A stretch of 63,676 nucleotides of DNA, counting the filler, from Octopus bimaculoides (lineage: Eukaryota): NCBI RefSeq assembly GCF_001194135.2. It is 6 parts of 6 records of this genome, joined end to end, with 100 filler letters (N's around TTAATTAATTAA, not from the genome) between each part and the next. Parts side by side here need not be neighbours in the genome. Positions count along the whole stretch, not along the records: positions 31,355 to 49,091 come from NC_068989.1; positions 49,192 to 61,666 come from NC_068984.1; 4 more parts are not named here. One strand, 5' to 3'. Below are positions 37,742 through 50,480 of the stretch, piece after piece. Every line of letters begins with the position of its first letter. Within the stretch, counting starts at the first letter, position 1. A program made the position numbers and the translations under genes. Below the pieces are notes generated by a model. That model was not told the DNA's origin and searched no databases. It was given only the letters and a program-made list of their open reading frames with translations.

Positions 37742-38460
37742 CATACTACTGATTAAGTTTGACACGCAACAAACCATACATTTATATGTCGTGTGTTGTG
37801 TTATTTTAATGGAAAACAATTGTGTAGAAGTTGCTTATAAACAAAGGAATATGAAGTGGAAAGAAAGTTGATCCTAATAAATGACGAACTCAAGCTGAAA
37901 ATCCACCAGTGTGGAGAAAGCGTATCAAGTCATACCAAAATCATGAACAGCCATAGTCGCGACGCTGGAGCGCAGATAAGTTCTCAATGGATTGTGCGGG
38001 ATGTATTATACTGTCATAATCTCATATTCATAATCCTGCATTGATTATGTAAGAGCGTGTGCTGTTGGTGATGATTGTGTAGAATGTGTTGTATTGCTAT
38101 ATCATGCAAGGACTGTGTAGAGTATGCACTATAAACATTATTTTATGCCTGGTAAATGGTAATTTTATAAAGTATTCTATGCAGACTGTATAACATTATA
38201 TTATTGGTGTAGTGGTGATTATATAGAGTGTATGTTGTGCGTGTTGTTGATGTAATTTGGGAAGTGTCATAATAATAAAGCTTATAAGCCTATAAAAACA
38301 TTCATCGTTTGTTGTTTATCAATAGTTGCCTTGTTGCTCCAAAACAGTTGTCATCTGTTATGTTCCTGCAAAATATTTTTCACTATTTCCTCATCAATAC
38401 ACATTAAAAATGCGATATGTTGATGTAGAGAAAAATATTTTGATATACATAAATAAACAG

Positions 38461-38506
38461 CATCTGCTTTGGCAAAAGAAGAGAAGTACAAACAAAAAAC
38501 ATTTGA
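38461..38506 (+). CDS. Candidate terminal coding exon (c-ICFGKRREVQTKNI*)
   Basis: AG acceptor with poor pyrimidine tract; phase-compatible with 35707-35750; speculative. Confidence 0.15.
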
Positions 38507-38845
38507 TCGTGATCGCAGACTTTATTATTTATGCCATTTCCCAAATATAACGATATTGGTTTCAACACGGCTTCTGATCAATACTATAACAAAAAACAAA
38601 TTCAAAATCGAAATATGTTCTGTGCATTTTACTAAATCAATGTATGATATATATTTTGTGTCCTACGTATAATTTTTCATTCCATTTCTTCGCATCCCTT
38701 TTACCCCTTACACTACCACCCTAAATTATATATACCTCACACAAACTGTAATCTGTGTTTGTAATGTCCCTCTTAACTGATGTCCTTGTCCAAACAAAAG
38801 AAAATCATCGTTATTATTATTATTATCATTATTACTTTTATTAAG

Positions 38846-39165
38846 AAGGCAGAGTGCTGGCAGAATTGTTAGCACACCAGAACAAAAATTAGTCAGCAGC
38901 ATTTCGTCCATCTCTACATCCTGAGTTCGAATTCCACCGAGGTCGACTTTGCTTTTTATCCTTCTGGCTACTCCGTAACCGAAATTTCAGGCTTCGTGCC
39001 TATAGTAAGAAAGAATTACTATTAATTTCATTAAGGTCGCGAGCTAGCACGCCCGTCAAAATGCTTAACAGCATTCCATCTGTCTTTGTGTTCTGAGCTC
39101 ACCTGCCACCGAGTCACACTTTGTCTTTCCTCTTTTCGGGGTCGACAAAACATGCACCAGTTCAA
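38846..39165 (+). mobile_element. Two adjacent SINE family A copies (internally deleted)
   Basis: Heads AAGGCAGAGTGCTGGCAGAATTG (38846) and AAGGTCGCGAGCTAGCACG (about 39031), each with the CCACCGAGGTC/CCACCGAGTC core. Confidence 0.75.
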
Positions 39166-39653
39166 TTCTATTATTTTCATTAATTTCTTATATGACACTC
39201 TTGGTTATATTTATCAATATATATGATACGCAAATGTTTTATTCACCATAGAGAAAAAAATAAAGATACAGTTTATTAAAACGCTCTTTCTTTTCTGTTG
39301 TTCCAATTTCCCTTAATGTTAATAAGTGTTAACATAACAGTGGAACATCTCTATATCATTGACATTTGGCGTAGCTAAAGTGATTATAGAACAGGTTTAT
39401 ATACGAGAAGAAAAATAGCTGTCTGGAATGCTGTTAATATATATATCACACTGTCTTCGTTGAATGGAGAGGATGTTCTATATTGTACATAACGGCGACT
39501 AACTTATTTTGCGTTCGAATCAGCCGGGAGGTATTAAGGAATGAATCGTTTCAGGTAATGTCATATAGGGTGCTGGACATAATTTAGTAATACGGTAGAG
39601 CTATCGAAATATAAATGTTAACATTTCATTGTAAATAAAACGATATGTACTCT

Positions 39654-39680
39654 AAAGGTGGCGAGCTGGCAGAAACATAA
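39654..39680 (+). mobile_element. SINE family A head running into a gap
   Basis: AAGGTGGCGAGCTGGCAGAAAC. Confidence 0.7.
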
Positions 39681-40380
39681 NNNNNNNNNNNNNNNNNNNN
39701 NNNNNNNNNNNNNNNNNNNNNNNNNNNNNNNNNNNNNNNNNNNNNNNNNNNNNNNNNNNNNNNNNNNNNNNNNNNNNNNNNNNNNNNNNNNNNNNNNNNN
39801 NNNNNNNNNNNNNNNNNNNNNNNNNNNNNNNNNNNNNNNNNNNNNNNNNNNNNNNNNNNNNNNNNNNNNNNNNNNNNNNNNNNNNNNNNNNNNNNNNNNN
39901 NNNNNNNNNNNNNNNNNNNNNNNNNNNNNNNNNNNNNNNNNNNNNNNNNNNNNNNNNNNNNNNNNNNNNNNNNNNNNNNNNNNNNNNNNNNNNNNNNNNN
40001 NNNNNNNNNNNNNNNNNNNNNNNNNNNNNNNNNNNNNNNNNNNNNNNNNNNNNNNNNNNNNNNNNNNNNNNNNNNNNNNNNNNNNNNNNNNNNNNNNNNN
40101 NNNNNNNNNNNNNNNNNNNNNNNNNNNNNNNNNNNNNNNNNNNNNNNNNNNNNNNNNNNNNNNNNNNNNNNNNNNNNNNNNNNNNNNNNNNNNNNNNNNN
40201 NNNNNNNNNNNNNNNNNNNNNNNNNNNNNNNNNNNNNNNNNNNNNNNNAGGAAGGAGGCGGAGGAGGAAGGAGGCGGATGCTGATCGAGGTGGACAAAAG
40301 GAACAAGAAGATGGAAAACAAGAACGAGGTGATGATGATGAGGTGGGGAGGACGACGGGGAGGAGGATGAGGAGGAGGGC

Positions 40381-40413
<33 letters not shown>

Positions 40414-41479
40414 AGAGAGAGAGAAGAAGACTGAAGAAAGGTTGTATAGATTTCCGGGCCGTGTACTTCAGTCTGTCATATCTATAAATATCAAATATCT
40501 TATGTATATTGTTACACAAGTGCCTATCGCCTCATACAATGACTAATAACATCTTTTATTCACCAATATTGGAGTCATCAATATCTACATCAACCTCATC
40601 ACCATCGTTATAATGTTGATAATCATGAAAGACTCAAGGAGCAATACGTATGACATACCTTAAACACCTATTAAGCAAATTAATTCTACCACGATAATTA
40701 ATAAATCCTTTTTCTGTCTCTTGCCTCCTTGACATTAATTGCTTTTACAAAATAGTATTTCATGGATGAGATGCTAAATAAAATCATTGATGAAGGGATA
40801 TTTTTGTTCGAGAATAAAACATGCAATATTGAACAGAAGCTACAGTTAGGATGAGGAACTCAATCATTACCTATATTCTGAATGTTTAAATATCACTTCA
40901 CGAAGTTTTAAACTTGACAATTTTACTAAGGTTTATTTAAATACATACATGCATACGTACATACATAGATCTCTGTGTATGTGTGTGCGTGCGCATGCGA
41001 TGTGTGTGTAGAAAAGAAAAACTGGACAAGAGTGTTTATTCATAAAATATGTAGCTACACCTTCTATATTTAAGAGATGATGAATTATGTTCATTATTTA
41101 TATTATTTACATTTCACGGATTTTAACAACAAACAAGACGAGGAGAAATATCCGTCAAATATAAATAGTGTAAATAATGTATGTAGTTACACCATCTTAC
41201 ACGCATATCATTAACGGTGAAACGTACCAGTTATTACTGTGAAGTACAACTAAATGGAATTCTGACCATAATACAGCCGGATACGCACACAAGACTCATA
41301 CGAAGTCAATCTTCTGACCACCAATTACTCGGAGATCTCTTGAAAACCAACCAATTATTATTATCCATAATAATAATAATAAACGATAAGAATAACAAAA
41401 AAATACATTTAATTGTTATTATGGTATGTTATTTTAAACATTGAAATATTTGGCAACATCATAAAATCTATTAATAATG

Positions 41480-42660
41480 CTAAAAGTAATGATGGGACTT
41501 TAAAAGTAAAAGATACTCTAGCAAATTCATCAGAACCATGTTAAGGTCAGAAGAAGTTTGCGAAGAACACAAAGACGATTATCCCCATCACAGCCACCGA
41601 TGATAAAAATCAGTGAAGAAGCACCTACGTTTTCGCAAATTCAACTAGAAACCTACTGAAAAAAATTGCTTCAATGCATCAGCTGAACTACTGGCAGAGA
41701 GTGAAAATCTAACTACTCTTCTCGTTCGTGTATGCAGTAATTTATATCTCTAAGGAATTAGAAAGTACGAGTGCCAAACCGTGTTCCTCTCTTGGAAAGA
41801 GAAGACCACAGTTTGGTACAGAACTAAGCAAGGCTCCTAATTGAATATTACCTTAAAGTGCTGTTCTCCCATCTATACTTAAATCTGGATACTTCAACCG
41901 CTTAGGATTAAAAGGACTACAGTCATTCAGAAACTTTCTCAAAAGCATTAAAAAGTAGCGTGCACAAATTTCCAACAATACTTAAATATCCTTCTCTATA
42001 GGACTCTCCAAAAACCAAAATCTCAGCAAGTGCCGCATAGGAGAGTAATGGAATTAAACTCTTTAATTATTCAGTTACTAAAGACAGCATGAAGTAGGTA
42101 TTAATTCTGAGAGGCTAACGTATAATACATTTACCCAAAATACAACTCTAAGTTATCAAGCGTAATTGCAAATTGGTTTTCTTAACCCCACAGCCTTGCC
42201 TGCCTCCTTGATGCCAAATTTCTCTGGACTGTGGTATGTACCCAATTGAATCAAGTACAGTACTGTTCAAATATCACTGATTCGGGGGTGATACAAAAGC
42301 AACGAAGCTTGAAATGTGGAACTAGAACCATAAAATTAACAATGGATTTCTATTTTATTGACACGGACGTATGTTTATCTGTAGAAGTAAATGGAATGCT
42401 AGTTGTTCATGTTTTACCAATACCATTAACAGTGTAACTGCGTTAACTGAATTCAACAAGAAATCCGATCAACCCAACATTAAATTTTGCAATACACTAT
42501 TCCCATACGAAACGGAAGATCTGTTTGTTACCTGAGAGGGACACTCAAATAAAAGGATATAAACTATTGAATTGTTTCTAATACATAACTCGTACATATT
42601 TTGTCAATCCCAGAATATTTAAAAGAGAAGTCGCTCCCGGTGAGACTATAAATCGGAAGA
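41480..42660 (+). mobile_element. CR1/L2-like LINE RT fossil
   Basis: RLGLKGLQSFRNFL, QYCSNITDSGVI and a RGH..KL-like 3' motif in order. Confidence 0.4.
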
Positions 42661-43779
42661 AGGTACAGTAACAAAACTTTATATTGGTTTATTTCAGACG
42701 AAGCGTAAATATCTTTTATTTTATTATAGCATAGAAATAAGGTATAGAGAAGTTTGTGCCATTCCTAAAAGATGTAAATTGAAACTATATGGCTGTAATA
42801 GCTTGCCAGGAGCTCTGGCTAGCACATCGACAATAGCAAATATTGTAAAGCATTTGGAAATATATATCACAACCATCTCCACAGCGCTATAATTACAGAA
42901 TATTAACGACATGGAATCTGTTCACTTCACAGCCATGTTTGAAAAAATACCTGTAAGGAATATGCATATTGTAAGCGTATGAGAAGAATCAAATTCTTTG
43001 AAGTTCTTTAATGTCCTGTTTGTTTACTTTAACGCTACATACATGTTGAATCTCAATGAATTTACTGTGAGCCATTCAGAAAATAATTGTGGAAAATACA
43101 TTGTTTGGAAACTTAGGAGTTATGTATTCAGATAAACCACTATGCATACTAAAAATCTTGTATTTCTTGTATGGATTCAAACTGTCTCCAACGGGTCGAC
43201 TATTTCATATATCACCTCGTAAAGCACCAAGACGGGTTATCAGTGATGCTTCCCAGAGTCAATGGGCTTACAAAAACTTGACGAGCTTGTCCAGACAACT
43301 CAGCTAAGGTTGAGCACATCCTGGGATGTGTCCAGGTTGTGCTCTACCACATCCATAGCTAACACACCCTGGTCAACAGTTAACTTGAAGAAACTTCTGT
43401 TGCATCGGTGGCTAACTTGATAGTCTTTTTCCTACTGCCATACGATGTGTAGTATATAGTTCACTTTCTGGCAGGACTGGTCTCCGAGCCCTTTGCTACG
43501 ACTCGAAATCGTATGTATATTAAGCAACTGAATTTAGAAAGATAAGTAATAAACACAGATGTCTATACATTAAATGATATAACATTGTTTTGTATTGTTT
43601 TTTCTGTGCACTTGAAAAGTCGATGTCAGGAATATAATTTAGATTTTCATTGGAACTCTATGAGAGACCATACAATAACATTTGAAAAAATATAGAAATA
43701 CTTTGTAATGAATATTTATGGTTATTAAATATACTTTTATAATTCTCATACGTAACTTTTTTCCTTTGCAGAAAAACAA

Positions 43780-44900
43780 TTTTAAACTAAAGATTTCAGC
43801 TAATATTGTAAATTGGATATTTTATTGGAAGTCATTCCCCAGACAGTGGCAGCAGCCAGCAATAAATCAGACATCAAGTCACTAATTAATACATCAGAAC
43901 TCATAGAAGAAATGGATAGAAAAGAATCCAATGAAAAGCTTCCCTACAAATGAAAAAACCCTTGAAAGAATTATAAAGAATTATAAAGAATTAAAATCTT
44001 ATTTCTTTGGAAAACAAAATGAGAGTCGTATCAGACAAATGGAAGAAAGTTTCTAGAGTAGAAATGCTTCTTTCAGGAAAGGACAATAATGATGAGAATT
44101 TACTGAAGAATGAGTCACAATAAAAGAAGGTGCAATAGAAGAAGATGCAGTGGTCCATGGAGTAGTTATGGAAGAGAAACAAGGAAGCAATGTCTCGGTG
44201 ATGGGAGGTGATGGTGATTGGGTGGGGATTATGTTCTAGGTCAGTTGCCAAACAAAAAACAATAGTTTTAGAAACTCACTTTTGTGTTCGGTCTAGGAGA
44301 GGAAGAATACAACTGGAGCACCAAGTCATAATAATTGAACTTAATAGAACAAATATAAACATTACAAGGAAGGTCTTTGGAAAAGGTTATCCTTAAAAGA
44401 CGAAGCGGTCTTCACGTGAGAGAAAGGATTTTGATGGTTTGGTGTTGCAGTTGTGGTTGCATAACCAACATGGGTGGGGTGAGCTGAAATCCATAGGGGC
44501 GGCAAGGATCAAATACTCTTCTTTTGTATGTGGGTCAGCTACGCTTAGGGTTATGTATCTCATTGATGGAAACTTCATATTCGTGGAGTATGCGTAGTTT
44601 CTCACAAATATAACTGGTAATTAAGAGCTCGAAGTGTAGGAAGTGTCTTGTCAATAATACTCCATTTGATGTTGGAAATGCCATTTCGATGCTCACAGAA
44701 TCTCCAGACGAAGAGGGTCAGTTATCCCTGTAACTTAAGGATTGGATGTGCAGCGTAAAACCTCCTACAAGGTTTTTGGCTGTTGAACCCCAATAGTGTT
44801 TTATGACAACATCAGAAGTTATGAGATGTAGAATCCTGCAAGTATGCTTTTGGTGGGATTTCGTCTGTTGCAGATTGGAGTATTGTTTGGATGGTGTGTA
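43780..44900 (+). mobile_element. Possible LINE (EN end/RT start) fossil
   Basis: VNWIF.., NRTNINITRKVFG/KVILKRR resembles NYRPISLLS..KVFEKVILKRL; weak. Confidence 0.3.
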
Positions 44901-45026
44901 GGTGAGTGTTTGCGCTTATTTTAGCATGTAGCGTTCGAAACGATATTGTCTACGTATCTATCTATTTAGCTAGGTAGCTATTTGTGTATCTATCTATCTA
45001 TTATTCGAATTCTGCACTATAAAATA

Positions 45027-45390
45027 ATCTTTTCTACTCTAAGCACAAGGCCCAATTTTTTTTTTTTTGGGGGGGGGGCAGTCGATTATCGACACTACGC
45101 AACTGGTACTTAATTTATCGAAAGGATCAAAGACAAAGTCGACCTCGGCGGAATTTGAACTCAGAACGTAACGACACGAAATAGTGCTAAACATTTCGCC
45201 CGGCGTGCTAACGTTTCTGCCAGCTCGCCACCTTTGCACTATAAAAAAATGTTTTCTACTCCAGGCACAAGGCCCGAAATTTTGGAGGACGGGGCCAATC
45301 GCTTAGATCGGCCCCCGTACGCAACTGGAACTTAATTTATCGGCCCCCGAAAGGATCAAAGGCGAAGATGACCTCGGCGGAATTTGGTTG
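45027..45390 (-). mobile_element. Tandem SINE family A pair (full copy 45027-45234, 5'-truncated copy about 45250-45388)
   Basis: Clear family A sequence; separated and flanked by TGCACTAT(A/G)AAA repeats. Confidence 0.85.
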
Positions 45391-46360
45391 CACTATGAAA
45401 TAACGACTTTTCTTTTGGTTAGTAAGGTTCATGCTTCCTATTGATACATTCCATATCTACCATGAGTTATCAACATTTACTTACACCTATGTCCGAGCAA
45501 GTTTGACCTAACTTCTAAATGGACTTATGAATTAAATATTAAATAATGTTAAATAAAATATTTTGCAAAATGAAGTGCAGTTTCTACAATAGAACTTCAG
45601 CTGGAAATCTTAGCTTCATGTTTGTTTTGAATAAATGTAATTGTTTGAAATAAATGTAATTCTCATGTAAGCAATTAATATAAGAAATGTTTCTGCCAAA
45701 CTGAGAATAAAATAAATTCTCACGATTCACCGAACGGTTTATCCGTCTGTCGTTGCCTTTCATGCTGTTTTATTTACTTTCACTAATAACACCATTGGGA
45801 AAGATACTAGACGTACCTCCCTGTATGATATTCATAGGTCATGGTGTATCTCATTAAAATATTTAACGAAATTAGATTGATAAATTATGGTGTGTTCTAG
45901 ATATATTAATATTTAAGTTGCTTTTGTCGCTGGTTATTTTTTTTTTGTCTTTTTCATAGACCCGAGGGTTTGATATTTTAACAAATTGTTAACTTTGTTA
46001 TTATCACAGGGGAAACACTAGATTAAACTAAGAGACCGGGCTAGATCTCTGAGATGATTTATTGTTATTACGGTGATGGGTTATCTTAACATTAACCTCA
46101 TGTTTAGATTTGAAACAAGGTTAGATTAGGCTAGATTAGGTTAGATCAGGTCAGACTCCAATAGTCTTCAGGTCTCTTATTACCGGATATGTCCATATTT
46201 ATGGAATGGATTGCTGATCAGGAACATTTATTTCTCAACTGATTGTAGTAATGCTTCTGTTACAAAATTACGGTGGAGTTACATAGTGAGAACATTAACA
46301 TATGTTTAGAAGTAAAGATTCATTTCGGCAAATCCAGTTCTTACGCATTTAGGAATAAGA

Positions 46361-46410
46361 TAGTCGATGACGATAAGAGATCAAACTTATCGAAACATCT
46401 TGTACTTTTA
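46361..46410 (+). ncRNA. Degenerate hammerhead-like motif
   Basis: UCGAUGA-C-GAUAAG AGAUCAAA CUUAUC-GAAA-CAUCUUG-UA: perfect 6-bp stem II, GAAA, stem III and GUA triplet, but the CUGA turn is mutated. Confidence 0.3.
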
Positions 46411-46914
46411 AATACGTTTTTTTATGTTCAGCATTGTGACTAAGTAAGTAAATACATTTTTATGTTAAATAATGCGAACATGTAACTTAATAGATATGAA
46501 TTTATGGGGACTCAATAGTTTGATCAACCTAACTGCTTCCTCTTTAAATTTGAACGTAAATCGCTGAGTGTTCAAGAGTCACGTGTTCTTTTGATATAAT
46601 CTTCAGACAGAATCAATACAACACAGTGTGACAAGACAGCACCATTGAGTTACAGGTGCCAGCAATATGATAGGCTTTCGCACAGTTTCCGCCTGTCCCA
46701 TTCCACTCGCAATGCTTCCTAAAATTAACACGCAAACATGCGCATCGATCCATTAACACGAGGTTACGGAGATAAAAGAAATAAGGGTCACGATAAGCAA
46801 AATAAATACGTGATTGCTGAAGCATAATGCTAACGGTCAAGAAATCATTGGCGGGAAAGTGTACAAGACTACAATCAGTATATAACAGACAACAAAACAC
46901 CCATTAAATTCAAA

Positions 46915-46980
46915 TCAATTAAAGGTGGTGCTCCAGCATGGCCGCAGTCAAATGACTGAAACAAGTAAAAGAATAAAAGA
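46915..46980 (+). mobile_element. SINE family B 3' tail
   Basis: AAAGGTGGTGCTCCAGCATGGCCGCAGTCAAATGACTGAAACAAGTAAAAGAATAAAAGA. Confidence 0.7.
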
Positions 46981-47271
46981 TATATATANNNNNNNNNNNN
47001 NNNNNNNNNNNNNNNNNNNNNNNNNNNNNNNNNNNNNNNNNNNNNNNNNNNNNNNNNNNNNNNNNNNNNNNNNNNNNNNNNNNNNNNNNNNNNNNNNNNN
47101 NNNNNNNNNNNNNNNNNNNNNNNNNNNNNNNNNNNNNNNNNNNNNNNNNNNNNNNNNNNNNNNNNNNNNNNNNNNNNNNNNNNNNNNNNNNNNNNNNNNN
47201 NNNNNNNNNNNNNNNNNNNNNNNNNNNNNNNNNNNNNNNNNNNNNNNNNNNNNNNNNNNNNNNNNNNNNNN

Positions 47272-47305
<34 letters not shown>

Positions 47306-47569
47306 GATAATAGTATATATATTCGTATATATAGAGAAATACTTATGAATATATAACTGTGCGTGTACTTGTGCTTTGACTAGAAGTTCGTCTTAAACAT
47401 GTTTTACTCAACTGTTTATTGTTCATGTATTCTCTAGTCTTATTGTCCCACGTGGCTCTGAGTTTATATTCAATACCATTCTATGTGCTTCGACTTAGCT
47501 AGCAATTTTGTCTGAAATAACTTTATTTCTTTATCAATTATGTACTTTATAGTTCACCTGTTATTTTTT

Positions 47570-47826
47570 TTTTCAAGAAATACATTTATCTATAAACGAA
47601 GTCGGTATTAACAGGATATTGAACAGAAAGTAGAAGCAAATTTTTTCCCAATTTTAGCCTCGCTTTTATTTTCGTTCTTTTCTCTCGACAGTTCTTCGAT
47701 TATTCTGACATTCTTCTGCTTCAACCCTTTACTTTCAAGTCTTTTTTTCTCGTATTTCCAGGTTTTTACAGTTGTAAACATAGTTTTGTCAATCAGAAAT
47801 TCACCAGAAGGACATCCATCTTTCTT

Positions 47827-47887
<61 letters not shown>

Positions 47888-48960
47888 TTACCTATTTACC
47901 TATCTAGCTAGCTACCTACCTACCTATCCACTTACCTACCTACCTACCAACCTACCTATCTAACTATCCATAGCTTTGTTAGATTTTAGAATGCTCTTCA
48001 GGTTTTGGACATTTGGTTCTTTATAATCTCCATCCTCCACTCCCCATCTTTCTTGTCTGTCGCACCGAGTTAAACAAAGTCTTCGACATCTACCTCGTTA
48101 TCGCCGACTCTCACACGAGCTTGTTATCTGACATTATTCCTTAGCGATTCATATATTTCTGGATTGAATTTAAGGTCAATTCTAACAACAGACTTTCTCA
48201 GGTTGTGTGTCTTACTCTGGATGTGTTCACAAGTGGATAATAGCAACGCTACGTCGTCTGCTAAGTCGATATCTTAGGGCATGCCCGTGAGGCTCCATCT
48301 AACGTCTTTCTGTTGTTCTTCACATGACGCAGTCTGTCGCCATGAGAAACAGGAAAACTGACATAAGTCATCCCTGTTTGACTCCACATGTAACCTTAGA
48401 CTACCTCTTTTCTCCGTCGTCCTCTACTGTGCACCCAAAGTCGTTATACATGGCCTGCACTTATTCATCACCTTACCCAGGATACCACCTGATATCATTA
48501 TTTTCCACAGTTCTTCGCGGTTGACTAAGTCGAAGGTTCTTTTCAAAGTCAATGAAGTGAACATACAATGCTGCTCTCCACTGTAGGACTTGCTCAAAAA
48601 TACTTCTAACGATAAATATTTGCTCGGTTATCCATTTTTTTTTATCTTGCGGAATCTACCCTGCCCTTTCCTGAGTACCTGATCAACTCCTCTGTGTTTT
48701 CTCTCCATGATCCGCCCCATGACTTTACTCATTACTGGAAGTTGTGTTATTCCTAACCAATTCCAGCATTCCTCCAAGTCACCCTTGTTTGGTAATTTGA
48801 TGGCGATCCGTTTTTTCCCCTTGGCTGGTATTCTTTCACAGTACCATGTATTTCTGTACAATTTGAAGGAATTTAATCGAATAGACCGAGCGCAATACTT
48901 ATTTTTTTTAAAGTCTTGTACTTAACTCTACCGGCACCATTTGCTGAACCGCTACGTTCC
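47570..48960 (-). mobile_element. RTE-clade LINE RT fragment, interrupted by a (CTAT)n/(CTAC)n microsatellite
   Basis: IAIKLPNKGDLEECWNWLGITQLPVMSKVMGRI..VDQVLRKGQGRFRK..DLADDVALL..TWKYEKKDLK. Confidence 0.8.
47820..47975. repeat. (CTAT)n/(CTAC)n microsatellite
   Basis: Directly visible. Confidence 0.9.
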
Positions 48961-49091
48961 ATCAAAGAGTATCAAGCAGGTGAAAAAGTGAGAAACACAG
49001 TCTCAGACACAAGCTGAAATTACACACACACATGCACACACACACACACACGCACACACACACACACGCACACACACATACATACACACAC

Positions 49092-49191
49092 NNNNNNNNN
49101 NNNNNNNNNNNNNNNNNNNNNNNNNNNNNNNNNNNTTAATTAATTAANNNNNNNNNNNNNNNNNNNNNNNNNNNNNNNNNNNNNNNNNNNN
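49092..49191. other. Assembly linker 44N-TTAATTAATTAA-44N
   Basis: Same 100-bp block. Confidence 0.95.
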
Positions 49192-49629
49192 GGTGATGGT
49201 GGTGGTGGTGGTGGTAGTGATGGTGGTAGTGGTGGTGGTGGTGGTGGTGGTAGTGGTGGAGGTGACGGTGTGAAGATGCTAACACACAGAATGTAGTGGT
49301 AGTGGTGGCGGCAGTTCCGTCGCAGTTTAACCAAGCTTAGTTCTGACCAAGCAAACCTATGATGAAAGACCTTCCAACCGTGTCACTCGTGTCTATTATT
49401 CAGACACTGAGGTAAGTAAGACAATAGGACTAAATTATACAATATGTCCTTCATCACTTTTAAAGAAAGAGAGGTGTGGTTTGAGAGAGATTTAGCTATT
49501 ATTTCTAGTAGGACGAGTGACCACGAAAAGTTACCCTCGTTGGTTCGGTGTTGTTATTCTATTGCTCCAGGGAAGCCATGGTTGAGCAGACCTATGATCA
49601 AAGGTAGTCCAGCCATGACCAACAAATCA

Positions 49630-49905
49630 AAACGGTAAGAAGTTTGCTTCCCAACCACTTGGTTTGGGGTTCAATCTCACTGCAATACTCCTTGGGCAAG
49701 TATCTTCCACTATAGTGCCGGTCTGACTAAAGCCTTATGAGTGGATTTGGTAGACGGAAACTGAAAGAAGCCCACCGTATATATGTATGTATGTGTGTGT
49801 CTTTGTCTTGATATTGCGTGGTAGTTGTAAATGAGTACCACCGTCATACAAGCAGTGTCATTCCCCACCCTCTAATATTCTGCTTAAACTTGTCTGGCCA
49901 TGGAG
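49630..49905 (+). mobile_element. SINE family B
   Basis: GGTAAGAAGTTTGCTTCCCAACCAC..GGGTTCAATC..CCTTGGGCAAGTATCTTCCACTATAG..GAGTGGATTTGGTAGACGGAAACTGAAAGAAGCCC. Confidence 0.75.
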
Positions 49906-49908
49906 AAA

Positions 49909-50282
49909 TATTCTTTTCTACTCTAGGCACAAGGCCCGAAATTTTGGGGAAGGGGGCCAGTCGATTAGATCAACCCAGTACGCAACTGGTACTTAATTTA
50001 TCGACCCCCCCCCCCGAAAGGATGAAAAGCAAAGACAGACGAAATACCGCCAAGCAGTTCGCCTGGCGTGCTAACGTTTCTGCCAATTTAAAATATAAAT
50101 TCTTTTCTACTGAAGGCACAAGGCCTTGAAATTTTGTGAGACCCTAGTGTTTCACTGGTACAAAATTTATCGACCCCGAAAGGATGAAAGGCAAAGTCGC
50201 CCCGGCGGAATTTGAACTCAGAACACGAAGACGGGTGAAATGCTGTTAAGCATTCGGCCGTGCGTGCTAACGATTCTGCCAG
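49909..50282 (-). mobile_element. Tandem SINE family A pair
   Basis: Two head-to-tail copies, about 49909-50085 and 50097-50282. Confidence 0.85.
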
Positions 50283-50289
50283 GCGAGCT

Positions 50290-50480
50290 GGCCTTTTGGC
50301 CATGGAAAAATATTGCCTTGCTTTGGAAGCAGGTGAAAAGCTGGCAACAGCAAGGGCATCCGGCTGTAGAAAATAAACCCCGCCTGACCCATGCAAGCAT
50401 GGAAAAGAGTCGTTACAATTATGATGATGATGATGACGACGACGACGATGATTATGACGATGATGATGATGATGATGAAA
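50290..50480 (+). mobile_element. Retroposon 3' tail ending in (GAT)n
   Basis: GGGCATCCGGCTGTAGAAA..ACCCATGCAAGCATGGAAAAG..GATGATGAT; homologous to 26740-26925. Confidence 0.55.

Noticed and set aside
43772-43953. Strong acceptor TTTTTTCCTTTGCAG followed by a 60-codon open frame
   Set aside because: Continues into decayed LINE-like sequence and no donor is evident; more likely a transposon fossil
44900-44960. GAAAC-GATATT-GTC look-alike
   Set aside because: 5' core absent; too degenerate to call
45012-45405. Regularly spaced short direct repeats reminiscent of a CRISPR array
   Set aside because: Eukaryotic context; the spacers are SINE copies and the repeats are target duplications
49405-49420. 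Consensus donor GAG|GTAAGT with a nearby AG (8-nt microexon)
   Set aside because: Lies within a repeat-like segment (duplicated GCAxACCTATGAT motif at about 49350 and 49585); no supporting frame
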